DNA of 64,000 nt from Candidatus Longimicrobiales bacterium M2_2A_002 (GCA_051418035.1 JBPRGE010000064.1:33459-97458), one strand, 5' to 3'; positions 25,772-40,572 are shown, counted from the stretch's first letter. Numbers and translations: made by a program. The notes: generated by a model from the sequence alone, not told the origin.

Positions 25772-27805
25772 ATGCAAACACGAACCCGATTCATCACGCT
25801 TCCTCTCCTGCTCCTGCTGGGGCTCGCCGCCTGCGGCGATGACGCGACCGGACCGGAGATCGAGCCCGGCGATTCGCCGGCAGCGCCAGGGAGCTACAAC
25901 CGGAGCCAGCTGGTGCCGGAGGGCGAGGTCACCGAGACCGAGGACGGCTTCATCGTGAACGGCACGCTGCACCTCGAGACCGAACGGGGGCGCACCTCCT
26001 TCCGGGACGCGAACCTCGACGTGCGCTTCGATGAGGACGGCCGTCTGACCAGCGTCAGCGGTCGCGCGCAGATCCCCTCGCCGCACGAGCGGATCGAGTT
26101 CGCCGACCCGGTGCAGGCGGACGTCGGCTTCTTTTCGGGTTCGTTCCTGAACGAGAACCGCGACTTCGACATCCGGCTCAGGGACGACACCGACTATTTC
26201 ATCTTCCACTTCGCGGTGACGCTCGAGATGCGCGTCGCTACCGGCGAGACGGGCGAGGACGCCACGAAGCCGATCGTCGTGAGGGCGCCGGTGGGTGGGA
26301 AGGCGCTGATGGTCGTCGACTACACCGACCCCATGTACTACGTATACGGCGCCCAGGACCTGATCGGCTCGGCGGGCATCGGCTGGTCGCTGAACAGCCG
26401 TATCCCCTTCGAGCCCTGGCACCCGGTGGAGGGGCTGGGCCGCTTCGATGGTCGCAACACGCGAACCGGCAGCTTCTCGGTCCTCAAGGTCCTCAGCGTC
26501 AGCGGCCAGATGGTGGACAACGAGTACGCGGAGGTCCACCTGACGCGGGAGGACCCGCTGGGCGCCGAGCTGCGCCACGGCTACCAGGCAGGCTACAACG
26601 GCGCCATGGGCCTCGACCTCTTCCTGAAGGACATCGCCGGCATCGAGATCCCCATCGGAGAGGGGAGCGGCGGCTACTGGCGGGAGGTGAGCACCGGTGG
26701 CGACTTCGCCGGCGAAGCCTATGTCAACGGGCTCACGACGGACGATTACTCGTGGTGGCCGACGTTCATCCCGGCGACTCCCGTCACTCAGCTGCAGACC
26801 AGCGGCTTCATCAAGGACAACGGCGACTTCGCCATCGACCTGGCTGGCGAGTTCGGCTGGGATCTCCCCGACGGGCGCCACAGCATGAGCGGGTTCTTCG
26901 GCCTCTCGCCCAACGCGATGACGCTCGGCGGCGCGATCACCTCCGCCGACATCACCTTCGACGTGACCGGCCGGGTGACCGCCGACGTCACCACGGTGTC
27001 CACGGCGCCGCCGCCCGAGCTGCTCGACCTGATCGACACGGGTGTGAGCGCCGAGATCGACGAGCGTTTCGCGGAAGCGCAGAAGGCGTGGGAAGACCTG
27101 CAGCAGGCCACGCAGGACTACGAGTTCGAGCTGAGCCTGCGCGGGCTGCGCTCGTCGATCCCCCCGATGGTCGACTACGCCAGGCAGGCGCTGGCGGACG
27201 GCATCGCCTCGGAGCTCAGCAAGCACAAGGACCAGTTCTATTACGACGACCTGCGAAATCGCCTCAACAGCGCGGCCAGCCCGTACTACAGGGAGCTCGA
27301 CCGCCTGAAGGCGGCGGCGCAGGAGATCCGCGACAACGACCAGACGCGCGAGGAGATAGAGGCGGCACTGCGGTCGGTGGCCGCGCGGAAGATCTTCAGC
27401 ACCTCCTTCACCGTAAAGAGGTTCGGGGTGACGTGGAAGACGATCCACATCAGCCGTCGCATCCTGTCGGACGGCAACGCGAACAAGCTGATCGAGGCGG
27501 CGGACAACGTGAAGTACATCAAGGAGACGTGGGATCGCAAGGTCCGGTTGCAGCAGATCTACGACGCGATCCCGGCCAGGGAGGTCTTCGAGCAGCTCAA
27601 GCAGGACATCGAGTCCGGGACCCGGTCGATCCCCGAGCTGGGCGAGCTGGGGTTCGAACTCTCCCACGGCGAGGCCCGCACGCTCCGCTCCTACGCGATC
27701 ATCGCCGACGAGCGGCGCGATCTGGGCGCTCTGGACATCTTCCAGGTCCCCGGTCTCGTCGACGCGCTTGCCGGCCTCATGGTGGACGTGCTGGTCGGTA
27801 CGTGA
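25772..27805 (+). CDS. large hypothetical lipoprotein (677 aa), beta-rich N-terminal part and helical C-terminal part
   Basis: GGAGG RBS; MQTRTRFITLPLLLLLGLAAC lipobox; strong GC3 codon bias; no family recognised. Confidence 0.8.
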   Translation: MQTRTRFITLPLLLLLGLAACGDDATGPEIEPGDSPAAPGSYNRSQLVPEGEVTETEDGFIVNGTLHLETERGRTSFRDANLDVRFDEDGRLTSVSGRAQIPSPHERIEFADPVQADVGFFSGSFLNENRDFDIRLRDDTDYFIFHFAVTLEMRVATGETGEDATKPIVVRAPVGGKALMVVDYTDPMYYVYGAQDLIGSAGIGWSLNSRIPFEPWHPVEGLGRFDGRNTRTGSFSVLKVLSVSGQMVDNEYAEVHLTREDPLGAELRHGYQAGYNGAMGLDLFLKDIAGIEIPIGEGSGGYWREVSTGGDFAGEAYVNGLTTDDYSWWPTFIPATPVTQLQTSGFIKDNGDFAIDLAGEFGWDLPDGRHSMSGFFGLSPNAMTLGGAITSADITFDVTGRVTADVTTVSTAPPPELLDLIDTGVSAEIDERFAEAQKAWEDLQQATQDYEFELSLRGLRSSIPPMVDYARQALADGIASELSKHKDQFYYDDLRNRLNSAASPYYRELDRLKAAAQEIRDNDQTREEIEAALRSVAARKIFSTSFTVKRFGVTWKTIHISRRILSDGNANKLIEAADNVKYIKETWDRKVRLQQIYDAIPAREVFEQLKQDIESGTRSIPELGELGFELSHGEARTLRSYAIIADERRDLGALDIFQVPGLVDALAGLMVDVLVGT

Positions 27806-27900
27806 GACGCGCTTCTGCCGCCGGTGTGGGAGGCGGCGACGCGGGCGCTGACCCTATATTGCGTGTGGGGCCCCGACTCCATGCCCAGACGGAGGTCATG

Positions 27901-28365
27901 ATGCCGATCGAGAAGCTGAAGTCGTTCCTGGAAGAGAACGACATCGACTACCGCACGCTCCCCCACGACGAGGCGTTCACGGCGCAGGAAGCGGCGGCCG
28001 CGGCCCACATCAAGGGGAAGGCTGTGGCCAAGACGGTGATGGTGAAGCTGGACGGGGCCATGGCGATGGCCGTGGTCCCGGCCACGTACCACGTGGACCT
28101 GGAGGCGTTCGAGGCCCTCACGGGGTCCGGGTCGGTGGAGCTGGCCGGCGAGGCCGAGTTCGAGGACCTGTTCCCGACGTGCGAGCCCGGAGCGATGCCG
28201 CCGTTCGGCAACCTGTGGGACATGCCGGTGTTCGTCGACCAGCACCTGCGCGAGGACGAGCGGATCGCGTTCCCGGCGGGGAACCACCACGAGCTGATGC
28301 GGCTGGCCTATGCGGATTTCGAGCGGCTGGTGGAGCCGGTGGTGGGCGAGTTCGCGGCCAGGTGA
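27901..28365 (+). CDS. YbaK/EbsC family aminoacyl-tRNA editing protein
   Basis: AFTAQEAA, VAKTVMVK, LFPTCEPGAMPPFGNLW, AGNHHE; GGAGGT RBS. Confidence 0.9.
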   Translation: MPIEKLKSFLEENDIDYRTLPHDEAFTAQEAAAAAHIKGKAVAKTVMVKLDGAMAMAVVPATYHVDLEAFEALTGSGSVELAGEAEFEDLFPTCEPGAMPPFGNLWDMPVFVDQHLREDERIAFPAGNHHELMRLAYADFERLVEPVVGEFAAR

Positions 28366-28412
28366 GCTCCACGGGCCGTCGAGCCTGGCCGCACGCTTCC
28401 GCCTACTTCCGC

Positions 28413-29381
28413 CTACCGGCTCTGCCGGATCTTCCCGGTCAGAACCGGGAGCAGGTCCATCAGGTCGGCGACCACGCCGACGTCGGCGGCCTGGAAGATC
28501 GGCGCCTTCGGGTTCGTGTTGACCGCCAGCAGGAACGGGTTGCCCTTGATGCCGCCCATGTGCTGGAACGACCCGCTGATCCCGAGGGCTAGGTAGACCT
28601 TCGGCTGGACGGTCTTGCCGGAGGTCCCGACCTGCCGGGATGGATCGAGCCACTTCGCGTCGACGATCGGGCGGGAGCAGGCGACGGCCGCGCCCATGGC
28701 GTCGGCGAGCTCCTCGACGAGCTCGAGGTTGTCCTCGTCCTCGATCCCGCGGCCCACCGACACGAGGATCTCCTCGCGGGTGATGTCCACCTCCCCGACC
28801 TCGGCCTCCACCAGCTCGACGAACGTGCGCCGGGCCGTGACGCCCTCGGCGGCGGCCGACTTGTCCACGACCTCGCCGGACGCGGACCCGCCGTCCGCAG
28901 CGGCGAACGCACCGGGACGGACCGTGATGACTCCGCCGTCGCCGACATCGGCTTCTACGTGCGCGCTGACCTGGCCGGAGAACTCCTGGCGAATGACCTT
29001 CACGGTGGTGCCGTCCAGCCCGTCGGCACCCACCACGTCGGGGACGTACGCAGCGCCCAGCTTCACGGAGAGGCCGGGGCCGAGGTCCATCCCGAAGGTG
29101 TCGTGGGACAGGAGCACGATGGATCCAGCGGGCAGCATGTTCACGAGGATCGGTCGCAGCAGCTCCGCGTTGGGATAGGCCAGCGCCTCGGCGTCGACCT
29201 TCCAGACCTCGTCGAACGATGCGCCCGCTTCCTGACAGACCGCGTCCACCCCGGATCCGGCGACGATGGCTGTCGGTCGGCTCCCGGGGAACAGCTGCTC
29301 GGCGGCCGCCGCGAGCTCGAGGGCGGTGTCGTCGATGCTACCCTGGTCGTGCGTGACGTATACGAAGACTGTGGCGTCCAT
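28413..29381 (-). CDS. etfA: electron transfer flavoprotein alpha subunit
   Basis: VSVGRG, CSRPIVD, RQVGTSGKTV, GISGSFQH, NTNPKAPIF. Confidence 0.93.
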   Translation of the reverse strand: MDATVFVYVTHDQGSIDDTALELAAAAEQLFPGSRPTAIVAGSGVDAVCQEAGASFDEVWKVDAEALAYPNAELLRPILVNMLPAGSIVLLSHDTFGMDLGPGLSVKLGAAYVPDVVGADGLDGTTVKVIRQEFSGQVSAHVEADVGDGGVITVRPGAFAAADGGSASGEVVDKSAAAEGVTARRTFVELVEAEVGEVDITREEILVSVGRGIEDEDNLELVEELADAMGAAVACSRPIVDAKWLDPSRQVGTSGKTVQPKVYLALGISGSFQHMGGIKGNPFLLAVNTNPKAPIFQAADVGVVADLMDLLPVLTGKIRQSR

Positions 29382-30172
29382 TATCGGATCCCTCCCTGGG
29401 CCTTCAGACGATCGACGATCTGTTCGGCCATCTCTTCTATGCTCCCCTCGATCATCTCGGCGCCCGCTCCCTGCTCGGGAACGAAGTAGTCGACGCGTCT
29501 GACCTTCGCGCCGTCGACCCCGACGCTGTCCGCGTCGAGCCCGAGCTCGCCGGCATCCAGCACCGGGATCTCATACGAGGCGACCTTGCGGATCCCCCGG
29601 ATCCCGACGTAGCGCGGCTCGTTTATCCCCGTCTGGATCGACAGCACGCACGGCGTCTCGATCTTGCTGACCTCCTGGTTGCCACCCTCGATCTCCCGGC
29701 CGATCCGGAGGGGGCTGCCGCCGTCGGTCTCGATGAGGTTGACCACCGAGGCGTACGGCCAGTCGAGGAGCGCGGCGAGCATGCCGCCGACCTGGGCGGC
29801 GCCGTCGTCGGCCTGGGCGCCGGTCAGGATCAGGTCGTAGGACCCGTTCTGCGCTGCCGCGGCCAGGATCCGGGCGGTGCCGAGACCGTCGGAGCCCTCG
29901 AACACGGGATCGCTCGCCAGGCGCCCTTCCTCGGCGCCCATGGCCATCTCGCGGTAGATCACGTCCTCGCCCTCGTCATCATCGACGGTGATGACGGTGA
30001 CGGTGCCCCCCACGTCTTCGACGATCCGGACGGCCTCCTCGACCGCGTAGTTGTCCCACTCGTTGACCGAATACACCAGGTCGTCCCGCTGGATGTCTCC
30101 GCCGGCCGGCGCGAGCTCGATCTCGTTCTCGGCCGGGTCGGGGACCCGTTTGATACAGACCAGAATCTCCAT
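29381..30172 (-). CDS. etfB: electron transfer flavoprotein beta subunit
   Basis: ILVCIKRVPD, NEWDNYAVEEA, AMGA, GAQADD, INEPRY. Confidence 0.93.
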   Translation of the reverse strand: MEILVCIKRVPDPAENEIELAPAGGDIQRDDLVYSVNEWDNYAVEEAVRIVEDVGGTVTVITVDDDEGEDVIYREMAMGAEEGRLASDPVFEGSDGLGTARILAAAAQNGSYDLILTGAQADDGAAQVGGMLAALLDWPYASVVNLIETDGGSPLRIGREIEGGNQEVSKIETPCVLSIQTGINEPRYVGIRGIRKVASYEIPVLDAGELGLDADSVGVDGAKVRRVDYFVPEQGAGAEMIEGSIEEMAEQIVDRLKAQGGIR

Positions 30173-30191
30173 GTCGCTTCCCGTGAAGGGT

Positions 30192-32267
30192 TCAGTCCTG
30201 AAGCTGTCGATCGACCAGCTCGACCAGGTCGATGGCCTCCATCTCGCCCTCGAGGCCGGCCACCTTGATGGCGTCCTCGATGTTCGTCAGGCAGTAGGGG
30301 CAGGCGGTGACGATGACGTCGGCGCCTGCCTCCCGTGCCTGCTCGACCCGCACTACCCCCATCCGCTCGTCCTCGTCCGGCTCATAGAAGAGCATCAGGC
30401 CGCCGCCGCCGCAACAGAAGGAGCGGTCGCGGCAGTTGCCCTCCATTTCGACCCGCTTGAGGCCGGGGATCCCGTCGATGGCGTCCCGCGGGGCTTCGTA
30501 GGTGTCGTTGTGGCGGCCGAGGTAGCAGGGATCGTGATACGTGTACGTCCTGGACGGGTCGTCCAGCGGCTTCAGCGCCAGCCGGCCGCTCCCCACCGCG
30601 TCCGCGATCAGCTCGCTGATGTGCTGCACGGGCGGCATGTCTTCGTAGTCGTGGCGGAGCGTGTTCAGCGTGTGGGGATCGTTCACCACGATACTCTTCG
30701 CCTCCGATGCCCGGATCGACTCGGTGTTCTCCTCCTTCAGAATGTCGAAGAGCATCTCCTCACCGAACCGCCGGACGTCGTTCCCGCTGTCCTTCTCGTC
30801 GGTACCGATGACGGCGAAGTCCACCTTCCCCCGGGCCAGGACCCGCGCGGTGGCCCGGGCGATCTTCTGCATGCGATCATCGAACGAGGTGATACTGTCG
30901 ACGAAGTAGAGCGTCTCGGCCGTGTCTCCGTTGTCCACCCGCTTGATGGCCGGGCTGGCTCCGTTCCCGGCGCCGTCGCCGTTCCCGTCGATCCAGTCGG
31001 CGCGGGTCTTCTCCCGCTTGCCCCACGGGTTGCCCCGCTTCTCGAGCGCGGCCAGCGGCTTCTGCATGGTCTGGGGGACGTTCCCCTCGTCCACCATCCC
31101 CCGGCGCAGGTCCACGATCTTGTCGATGTACTCGATGGCCACCGGGCACTCCTGCTCGCAGGCGCCGCAGGTGGTGCACGACCAGATCTCGTCCTCGCTG
31201 TAGATCCCTCCGATCAGCGGCTCCGACCCGGTCTTCGACCGGCCGAGGACGGGGTAGTGGTGGAATGCGTAGTCCCGGGCCTTGATGCTGATGAACCGGG
31301 GCGACAGGGGCCGCCCCACCCGGGTGGCGGGACAGTGGTCGGAGCAGCGGCCGCAGTCCACGCAGCTGTAGAAGTCCAGCATGTGCTTCCACGTGAAGTC
31401 CTCGAACGTCCGCACGCCGAAGGAGTCGAGCTCCAGGAGCTCGGCCCCGGACACGCCGTGTCGCACCGGCTTGACCGTGCCCGTCTCCAGCCGCATGAAG
31501 AAGACGTTGAAGAGGGATGTGATGACGTGGAAGTGCTTGCCGAAGGGGAGCAGGCAGAGGAAGAAGAAGAACGTCAGGTCGTGGACCGTGTACGCCGCCA
31601 GGCTGATGGAGGCCAGGGTGGAGACGGCCGTTCCCGACAGGAGCGCGTCGAACGCCCATGTGAGCGTCAGCACCGTAGCGGGGGCGGCCTTCGGATCGGC
31701 GGCGAGGTGGCTGGCCTCGAACAGGCTCTCGGAGATCATCAGGATCCCGATCAGCCCGAGGACGAGGAGCGCCTCCCCGGTATGGTCCTTCCCGAGCTTC
31801 TCCGGGACGGCGTAGCGGGCCGGCCGGAAGAACGCGCGGCGGATCGCGAGGATCACTACCGCAATGAACACGGCCGTGGAGGCGTAGTCCTTCGCGATGT
31901 CGTAGGCGACGCCGAACGCCCCGTCGAGCCCCGGCAGCTCGAACCCCTCGAAGATGCCGAGCAGCACGAGCTCCGTCGACCGGACCGCGAGGATCAGGAA
32001 GCCGAAGAACACCACAATGTGCAGCACGCCGGCGAGGCGGTAGCGGGGGTGCCGCCACTGACCGAGCCAGTATTTCAGCACCCTCACGACCCGCTCCCCG
32101 AACCGGTCGAGACGCGGATCCGGGGTGCCCCGACGCAGTGGCGCCACCCGTCGCACGATCACCCACGCGAAGACGGCGATCGCCACCAGGGCGATCAGCA
32201 GGAACAGGACGTTCCCCGGGATCCCGGCGATCGTCGCGGACGCCGGTGAAAACGACATCTCGGCCAT
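30192..32267 (-). CDS. membrane Fe-S oxidoreductase (FadF / ETF:quinone oxidoreductase type; TM + 2x[4Fe-4S] + CCG)
   Basis: N-terminal TMs with His; CVDCGRCSDHCP, CTTCGACEQECP; YHDPCYLGRHN, CCGGGG, TACPYC. Confidence 0.9.
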   Translation of the reverse strand: MAEMSFSPASATIAGIPGNVLFLLIALVAIAVFAWVIVRRVAPLRRGTPDPRLDRFGERVVRVLKYWLGQWRHPRYRLAGVLHIVVFFGFLILAVRSTELVLLGIFEGFELPGLDGAFGVAYDIAKDYASTAVFIAVVILAIRRAFFRPARYAVPEKLGKDHTGEALLVLGLIGILMISESLFEASHLAADPKAAPATVLTLTWAFDALLSGTAVSTLASISLAAYTVHDLTFFFFLCLLPFGKHFHVITSLFNVFFMRLETGTVKPVRHGVSGAELLELDSFGVRTFEDFTWKHMLDFYSCVDCGRCSDHCPATRVGRPLSPRFISIKARDYAFHHYPVLGRSKTGSEPLIGGIYSEDEIWSCTTCGACEQECPVAIEYIDKIVDLRRGMVDEGNVPQTMQKPLAALEKRGNPWGKREKTRADWIDGNGDGAGNGASPAIKRVDNGDTAETLYFVDSITSFDDRMQKIARATARVLARGKVDFAVIGTDEKDSGNDVRRFGEEMLFDILKEENTESIRASEAKSIVVNDPHTLNTLRHDYEDMPPVQHISELIADAVGSGRLALKPLDDPSRTYTYHDPCYLGRHNDTYEAPRDAIDGIPGLKRVEMEGNCRDRSFCCGGGGLMLFYEPDEDERMGVVRVEQAREAGADVIVTACPYCLTNIEDAIKVAGLEGEMEAIDLVELVDRQLQD

Positions 32268-32288
32268 CAGTCCTCCTACCAAGCGCGG

Positions 32289-34103
32289 TCAGCCCGCGAA
32301 CGCATCCTCGGACATATCGACAACGACGCTGCTGCCGGACAGAATCACGTCCATCTTCCCGAGGGTCACCGGCAGGTTGTTCTGTACGAAGTACTCGGCG
32401 CTCCTGATCTGCCCCTGGTAGAAGGCCTCATCCTTCCGCTTCGCTCCTGCCGCCAGTGCTTCCGCCGCGATGCGGGCGCGCCACAGGAGCATCCACGCCA
32501 CGACCAGGTCGCCGCAGACCTCGAGGAACGGGTGGGCGTGGGCCGCAGCCACGGGAAGCCTGCCGAACATGGCGGTCTGCCCCATGTGTCGGCCCACCTC
32601 TTCGAACCGGATCAGTGCCTTCTCCACGGCGTCGGCCAGCCGCGCGGTCGCTTCCACTTCGGCGGCGGCGGCGATGGTGTCGCGCATCTCGTCGGAGAGG
32701 TCCAGAATCGGCCGGCCCCCGTCCTGGCCGAGCTTCCGGAAGAGCAGATCCATGGCCTGGATGCCGTTCGTGCCCTCGTAGATCGGTGTGATCCGAGTGT
32801 CGCGGAACAGCTGCTCCACCGGGTACTCCTTGATGTAGCCGTACCCGCCGTACACCTGCACGGCGAGGTCGCACACGTCCATGGCCCGTTCTGTCGTGTA
32901 GGCCTTGGCGATGGGGATCAGGAAGTCGACGATGCCCTGCAGCCGACGCTCCTCGTCGGGATCCCCGGTGAGGGCGATCCCGTCGAAGCAGCGGGCGATG
33001 TAGAGCGAGAGGCTCCGCAGGCCCTCCACGTAGACCTTCATGGTCATGAGCATCCGGCGGACGTCAGGGTGCCGGATGATCGGCACACTCGGCGCTTCCC
33101 TGTCCCGGATCTGCCGGAGGTCCCGCCCCTGGATCCGGGTGCGGGCGTAGTCGAGGGCGTACATGTAGGCGGCGCTGGCCGCGCCGAGAGCCTGGTCACC
33201 GACCATGAGCCGGGCGTCGTTCATCATGAGGAACATGGAGCGCATGCCCTTGTTGGGCTCGCCCAGCAGGAGGCCGCGGCACTTCCCGCTGCTCCCCAGC
33301 GAGATCGACGCCGTGGCGTTGCCGTGGATCCCCATCTTCTCCTCGATGCCCGTGCAGACGACGTCGTTGGGCTCGCCGAGGCTGCCATCCTCGTTGACCC
33401 AGATCTTCGGGACGATGAAGAGCGAGATGCCCTTGGTGCCGGCCGGCGCGCCCTCGATGCGCGCGAGCACGGGGTGGATGATGTTGTCGACCAGGTCGTG
33501 CTCGCCCGAGGACGCGAAAATCTTGTTCCCGACGATGGAGTACGTGCCGTCGTCGTTGGGTGTGGCCGTGGTCTCGAGGGCGCCCACGTCCGAGCCCGCC
33601 TCCGGCTCGGTCAGCAGCATGGTCCCGGTCCACTCCCCGGTGTACAGCTTCTTCACGAAGAGCTTCTTCTGCGCCTCGGTGCCGAAGGTCTCGATGAGCT
33701 TCCCCGCGCCGTGGCTGAGGCCGCCGTACATCAGGAAGGCGAAATTCGCCGCGTGCAGGAAGTTCGACGCGGCCGAGGCCACGGACCGGGGCATCCCCTG
33801 ACCGCCCCATTCGAGGTCCTCGGTCATGGCCAGCCACTCGCCCTCCCTCAGGGCGTTCCACGCGCCGTGGAACGACTCGGGAACCGTCACGGTCCCGCCG
33901 TCGAAGGTGACCCCGATACGGTCCCCATCGGCCTGGGTGGGCAGGATCTCCTTCACCGCGAGGGTCCGCGCCTCGGAGATGATGAGGTCGACCACCTTTC
34001 GGTTGAATTCGGCGAACCGTTCGTGTTCGGCGAGCTCCGCGACCTCCAGCTGCTCGTGGAGGACGAAATCTACATCTCTACGGTCGGCGAGTATCTGAGC
34101 CAT
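32289..34103 (-). CDS. acyl-CoA dehydrogenase
   Basis: GTMLLTEPEAGSD, GNKIF, GTKGISLF, EEKMGIHG, YGGYGYIKEY, IYEGTNGIQAMDL. Confidence 0.93.
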   Translation of the reverse strand: MAQILADRRDVDFVLHEQLEVAELAEHERFAEFNRKVVDLIISEARTLAVKEILPTQADGDRIGVTFDGGTVTVPESFHGAWNALREGEWLAMTEDLEWGGQGMPRSVASAASNFLHAANFAFLMYGGLSHGAGKLIETFGTEAQKKLFVKKLYTGEWTGTMLLTEPEAGSDVGALETTATPNDDGTYSIVGNKIFASSGEHDLVDNIIHPVLARIEGAPAGTKGISLFIVPKIWVNEDGSLGEPNDVVCTGIEEKMGIHGNATASISLGSSGKCRGLLLGEPNKGMRSMFLMMNDARLMVGDQALGAASAAYMYALDYARTRIQGRDLRQIRDREAPSVPIIRHPDVRRMLMTMKVYVEGLRSLSLYIARCFDGIALTGDPDEERRLQGIVDFLIPIAKAYTTERAMDVCDLAVQVYGGYGYIKEYPVEQLFRDTRITPIYEGTNGIQAMDLLFRKLGQDGGRPILDLSDEMRDTIAAAAEVEATARLADAVEKALIRFEEVGRHMGQTAMFGRLPVAAAHAHPFLEVCGDLVVAWMLLWRARIAAEALAAGAKRKDEAFYQGQIRSAEYFVQNNLPVTLGKMDVILSGSSVVVDMSEDAFAG

Positions 34104-34113
34104 GGTATCTCCG

Positions 34114-35280
<1,167 letters not shown>

Positions 35281-37536
35281 TTACCTCTCTTCCTTGGCTG
35301 TTCCCGCGAGCTCTGCGGTCTCGCCGGCGTCCTGCTGCCTGCCGGCCTCGTCCTCGTCATCGGCGCCGCCGGAGACCGGCCCGGCGTCGTGGAACCTGCC
35401 GCCGGCTTCGGCCAGCTGCTCCATGTGCTCGGTCGGCTCGTAGAGCTTGCCGAGGTCGGCGTACCGCCCGGCGGTCTCGACCAGGTTGTCGATCCCCACG
35501 GAGTCGGCGTACCGGAACGGGCCGCCGCGGAACGGCGGGAAGCCGAGCCCGTAGACCAGCGCGATATCGACCTCGACGGGCGTGTTGACGATGTCGTCCT
35601 CGAGGCAGCGGGAGCACTCGATGAGGAGCGGCAGCATCATCCGGTCGATGATGTCCTGGTCGGTGATCGAGTCGCTGTTGTCCTCCCGGACCACCGGCTC
35701 GAGGAGCGTCTTCACCTCCGGATCGACCGTCTTCTTCGGCTTCCCCTTCCTGTCGGGCTCGTAGCTGTAGAAGCCCTGGCCGTTCTTCTGGCCGAAGCGC
35801 TCCGCCTCGAACATCACGTCGAGGGCCGTCCGCTCCGACGTGGCCATCCGATCCGGGTACGACTCCGCCATGACCTCGTCGGCGTGGTGCGCGGTGTCGA
35901 TCCCGACCACGTCCAGCAGGTAGGCCGGCCCCATGGGCCAGCCGAACTTCTCCATCACCGCGTCGATCCTGAGGAAGTCGACGCCCTCGTTGACCAGCTT
36001 CATGAAGCCGGCGAAGTAGGGGAACAGGACGCGATTGACCAGGAAGCCCGCGCAGTCGTTCACCACGACCGGCGTCTTGCCCATGGCCAGCGCGTACGCG
36101 ACGGTGGTGGCCACCGCCCGCTCGCCCGACTCCTCGCCCCGGATCACCTCCACCAGCGGCATCCGGTGGACGGGGTTGAAGAAGTGCATGCCGCAGAAGC
36201 TCTCCGGCCGCTTCAGCCCCTCACCGAGGCGCGTGATCGAGATCGTGGAGGTGTTGCTGGCCAGCACGGCGTCATCCTTCGTCCGGTCCTCGACCTCGGC
36301 CAGGACCGACTTCTTGATCTTCTCGTTCTCCACCACCGCTTCCACCACGATGTCCACGTTCCCGAAGTCGCCGTAGGAGAGGGTCGGGCGGATCCGGGTC
36401 AGGATATCGGCCATCTCCTCCGCGTCGATCTTGTCGCGCGAGAGCTGCTTGCCCAGCAGCTTGCGCGCTTCCGTCATCCCGAGATCGAGGGCCTCCTCGT
36501 CGATGTCCTTCATCACGATGGGAACACCCTCGTACGCCGACTGGTAGGCGATCCCGCCGCCCATGATCCCGGCCCCGAGGACCGCCGCGGACTCCACGTC
36601 CGGGGCGGTCTCCGCCATCGCCTTCGCCACCTTCTTCACGTACTGATCGCCCAGGAAGATGGTGACGAGGTTGGCGGCCGTGGGCGTCTTCGCCATCCGG
36701 GCGAACGTCTTCGCCTCGACCTCCAGCGCCTCGTCCCGCCCCATGGTCGCGTGCCTCTGGATCGCCTTGATCGCCGCCACAGGGGAAGGGTAGTTGGGTC
36801 CCGCCTTGCCGGCCACGAACCCCTTGGCCGTCTCGAAGGCCATCATGCTCTCGGTCAGATTGAGCTTGAGCGGCGAGATCTTCTCCTCCCGGCGAGACCG
36901 CCAGTCCCGCTCGCCCGCCACCGCCTGCTCCAGCAGGTCGAGGGCGCCCTCACGGAGCTTGTCGGCGGGGATGACCGCGTCCACCACGCCGGTCTCGTAC
37001 GCCGTCTCGGCGTCGTACTGACTGCCGCCGGCGATCCACTCGATGGCGTTGTCGGCGCCCGTGAGACGGGAGAGCCGCACGGTGCCGCCGAACCCGGGGA
37101 TGATCCCCAGCTTCGTCTCCGGCTGGCCGACCTTCGCCTCGGGTGCCATCACCCGATAGCTGGTCGTCAGCGCCATCTCCAGCCCGCCGCCGAGGGCGAA
37201 GCCGTTGATCGCCGTGACCGACGGGAAGTCGAAATCCTCGATCGCCGAGAACACCCGGTTGACATCGAGGAGCCAGTCGACCAGCTGGTCCTCCGGGTAC
37301 TGGAAATATTCTGTGAATTCTGTCACATCGGCCCCGACAATGAAGCCGTCCTTGCCGCTCGTGACCAGAAGCCCCTTGACGTCCTCATCGGCCTCGAGGA
37401 GCTCCACCACTTCCCGGAGCTCTTCCAGGGTCGCCCGGTTGAACTTGTTGACGGAATCGCCCTGGAGATCGAATCGCAGCTCGACGATCCCGCCATCGAG
37501 CGTGCTGCACTGTATCGCCTGACCTTCGAACATCAT
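35281..37536 (-). CDS. fadB: fatty acid oxidation complex alpha subunit
   Basis: [61 protein letters not shown]; acidic C-terminal tail. Confidence 0.93.
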   Translation of the reverse strand: MMFEGQAIQCSTLDGGIVELRFDLQGDSVNKFNRATLEELREVVELLEADEDVKGLLVTSGKDGFIVGADVTEFTEYFQYPEDQLVDWLLDVNRVFSAIEDFDFPSVTAINGFALGGGLEMALTTSYRVMAPEAKVGQPETKLGIIPGFGGTVRLSRLTGADNAIEWIAGGSQYDAETAYETGVVDAVIPADKLREGALDLLEQAVAGERDWRSRREEKISPLKLNLTESMMAFETAKGFVAGKAGPNYPSPVAAIKAIQRHATMGRDEALEVEAKTFARMAKTPTAANLVTIFLGDQYVKKVAKAMAETAPDVESAAVLGAGIMGGGIAYQSAYEGVPIVMKDIDEEALDLGMTEARKLLGKQLSRDKIDAEEMADILTRIRPTLSYGDFGNVDIVVEAVVENEKIKKSVLAEVEDRTKDDAVLASNTSTISITRLGEGLKRPESFCGMHFFNPVHRMPLVEVIRGEESGERAVATTVAYALAMGKTPVVVNDCAGFLVNRVLFPYFAGFMKLVNEGVDFLRIDAVMEKFGWPMGPAYLLDVVGIDTAHHADEVMAESYPDRMATSERTALDVMFEAERFGQKNGQGFYSYEPDRKGKPKKTVDPEVKTLLEPVVREDNSDSITDQDIIDRMMLPLLIECSRCLEDDIVNTPVEVDIALVYGLGFPPFRGGPFRYADSVGIDNLVETAGRYADLGKLYEPTEHMEQLAEAGGRFHDAGPVSGGADDEDEAGRQQDAGETAELAGTAKEER

Positions 37537-37960
37537 GGAAGCCTCCGTTTCACAACCGAACGAGGGGACCCCTCGATCAGCTGCCCGAAACCGGGGTGGT
37601 GGATGCGAGTGATCGGGGACGCGCCGGGCCCGGTCGAGGTCGGGATGCGCGTCGGTGTGTGGCTCGAGCCGACCGGGAGGGGGATGGAGAAGCTCGCGCG
37701 GGCGCGCGGGAAGGCCAGTGGCCAGATATGCAGCTGTCGAAACCGTTCAGGCACCGGCACGTCTACCCCCTTTCAGATCGTTCTGCACAACCAGGGGGGG
37801 TTGGCCGTCCGATTACTGATACAATGCGGGTGCGGGCGCGAGCCCGTCAAGTGGAGGATGCCCCGAAAAGAAGCGAGGAGAGTCGCGTGGGGCGACCATG
37901 GCATCCACTCGACGACGCGGAGTGTCCGATCGCGGGCACTCCGCGCGGGCGCCGGACTCC

Positions 37961-40198
<2,238 letters not shown>

Positions 40199-40290
40199 CT
40201 ATGGTTGATCGTCCCGCGTCCGACGCAGGTTCGGAGGCAGTAGAATGCATTGTTGCTCACCACGCCGGCGCTGTGCGACGCCCCGGCAGC

Positions 40291-40572
40291 TCAAGTTGAG
40301 CGTAGGGTAGGGAGGAACGTCGCGGCTGACAACACGGACCGGGGCGCGGGGCCGGAGATCCCGGGGCCGGGACGGCCGGCCCGGCCAGCGCTCCGCCCCC
40401 GTTCCCGCCGCCACGCCGGGGTGCACCGGATCGAGTAGCAGGTGATCCGGCAGCCTCCATCGACGGCTTCCGTAGCCACACCCCGCAGCTCCGGACCCTC
40501 CGAACGCTCGGCCAGCACACAGACCTCGCCGCCCGACCCGTCTAGGCGACGCCAGATCACGATCCGGGTCAA
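40291..40572 (-). pseudogene. truncated putative glycolipid-binding (DUF1089-like) protein
   Basis: RIVIWRRLDGSGGEVC...YSIRCTPAWR resembles the family N-terminus, then low complexity; coupled to the upstream stop. Confidence 0.45.

Noticed and set aside
37537-37960. Long icd-fadB intergenic region as ncRNA or riboswitch
   Set aside because: I could not recognise any conserved RNA motif; an Infernal/Rfam search would be needed.
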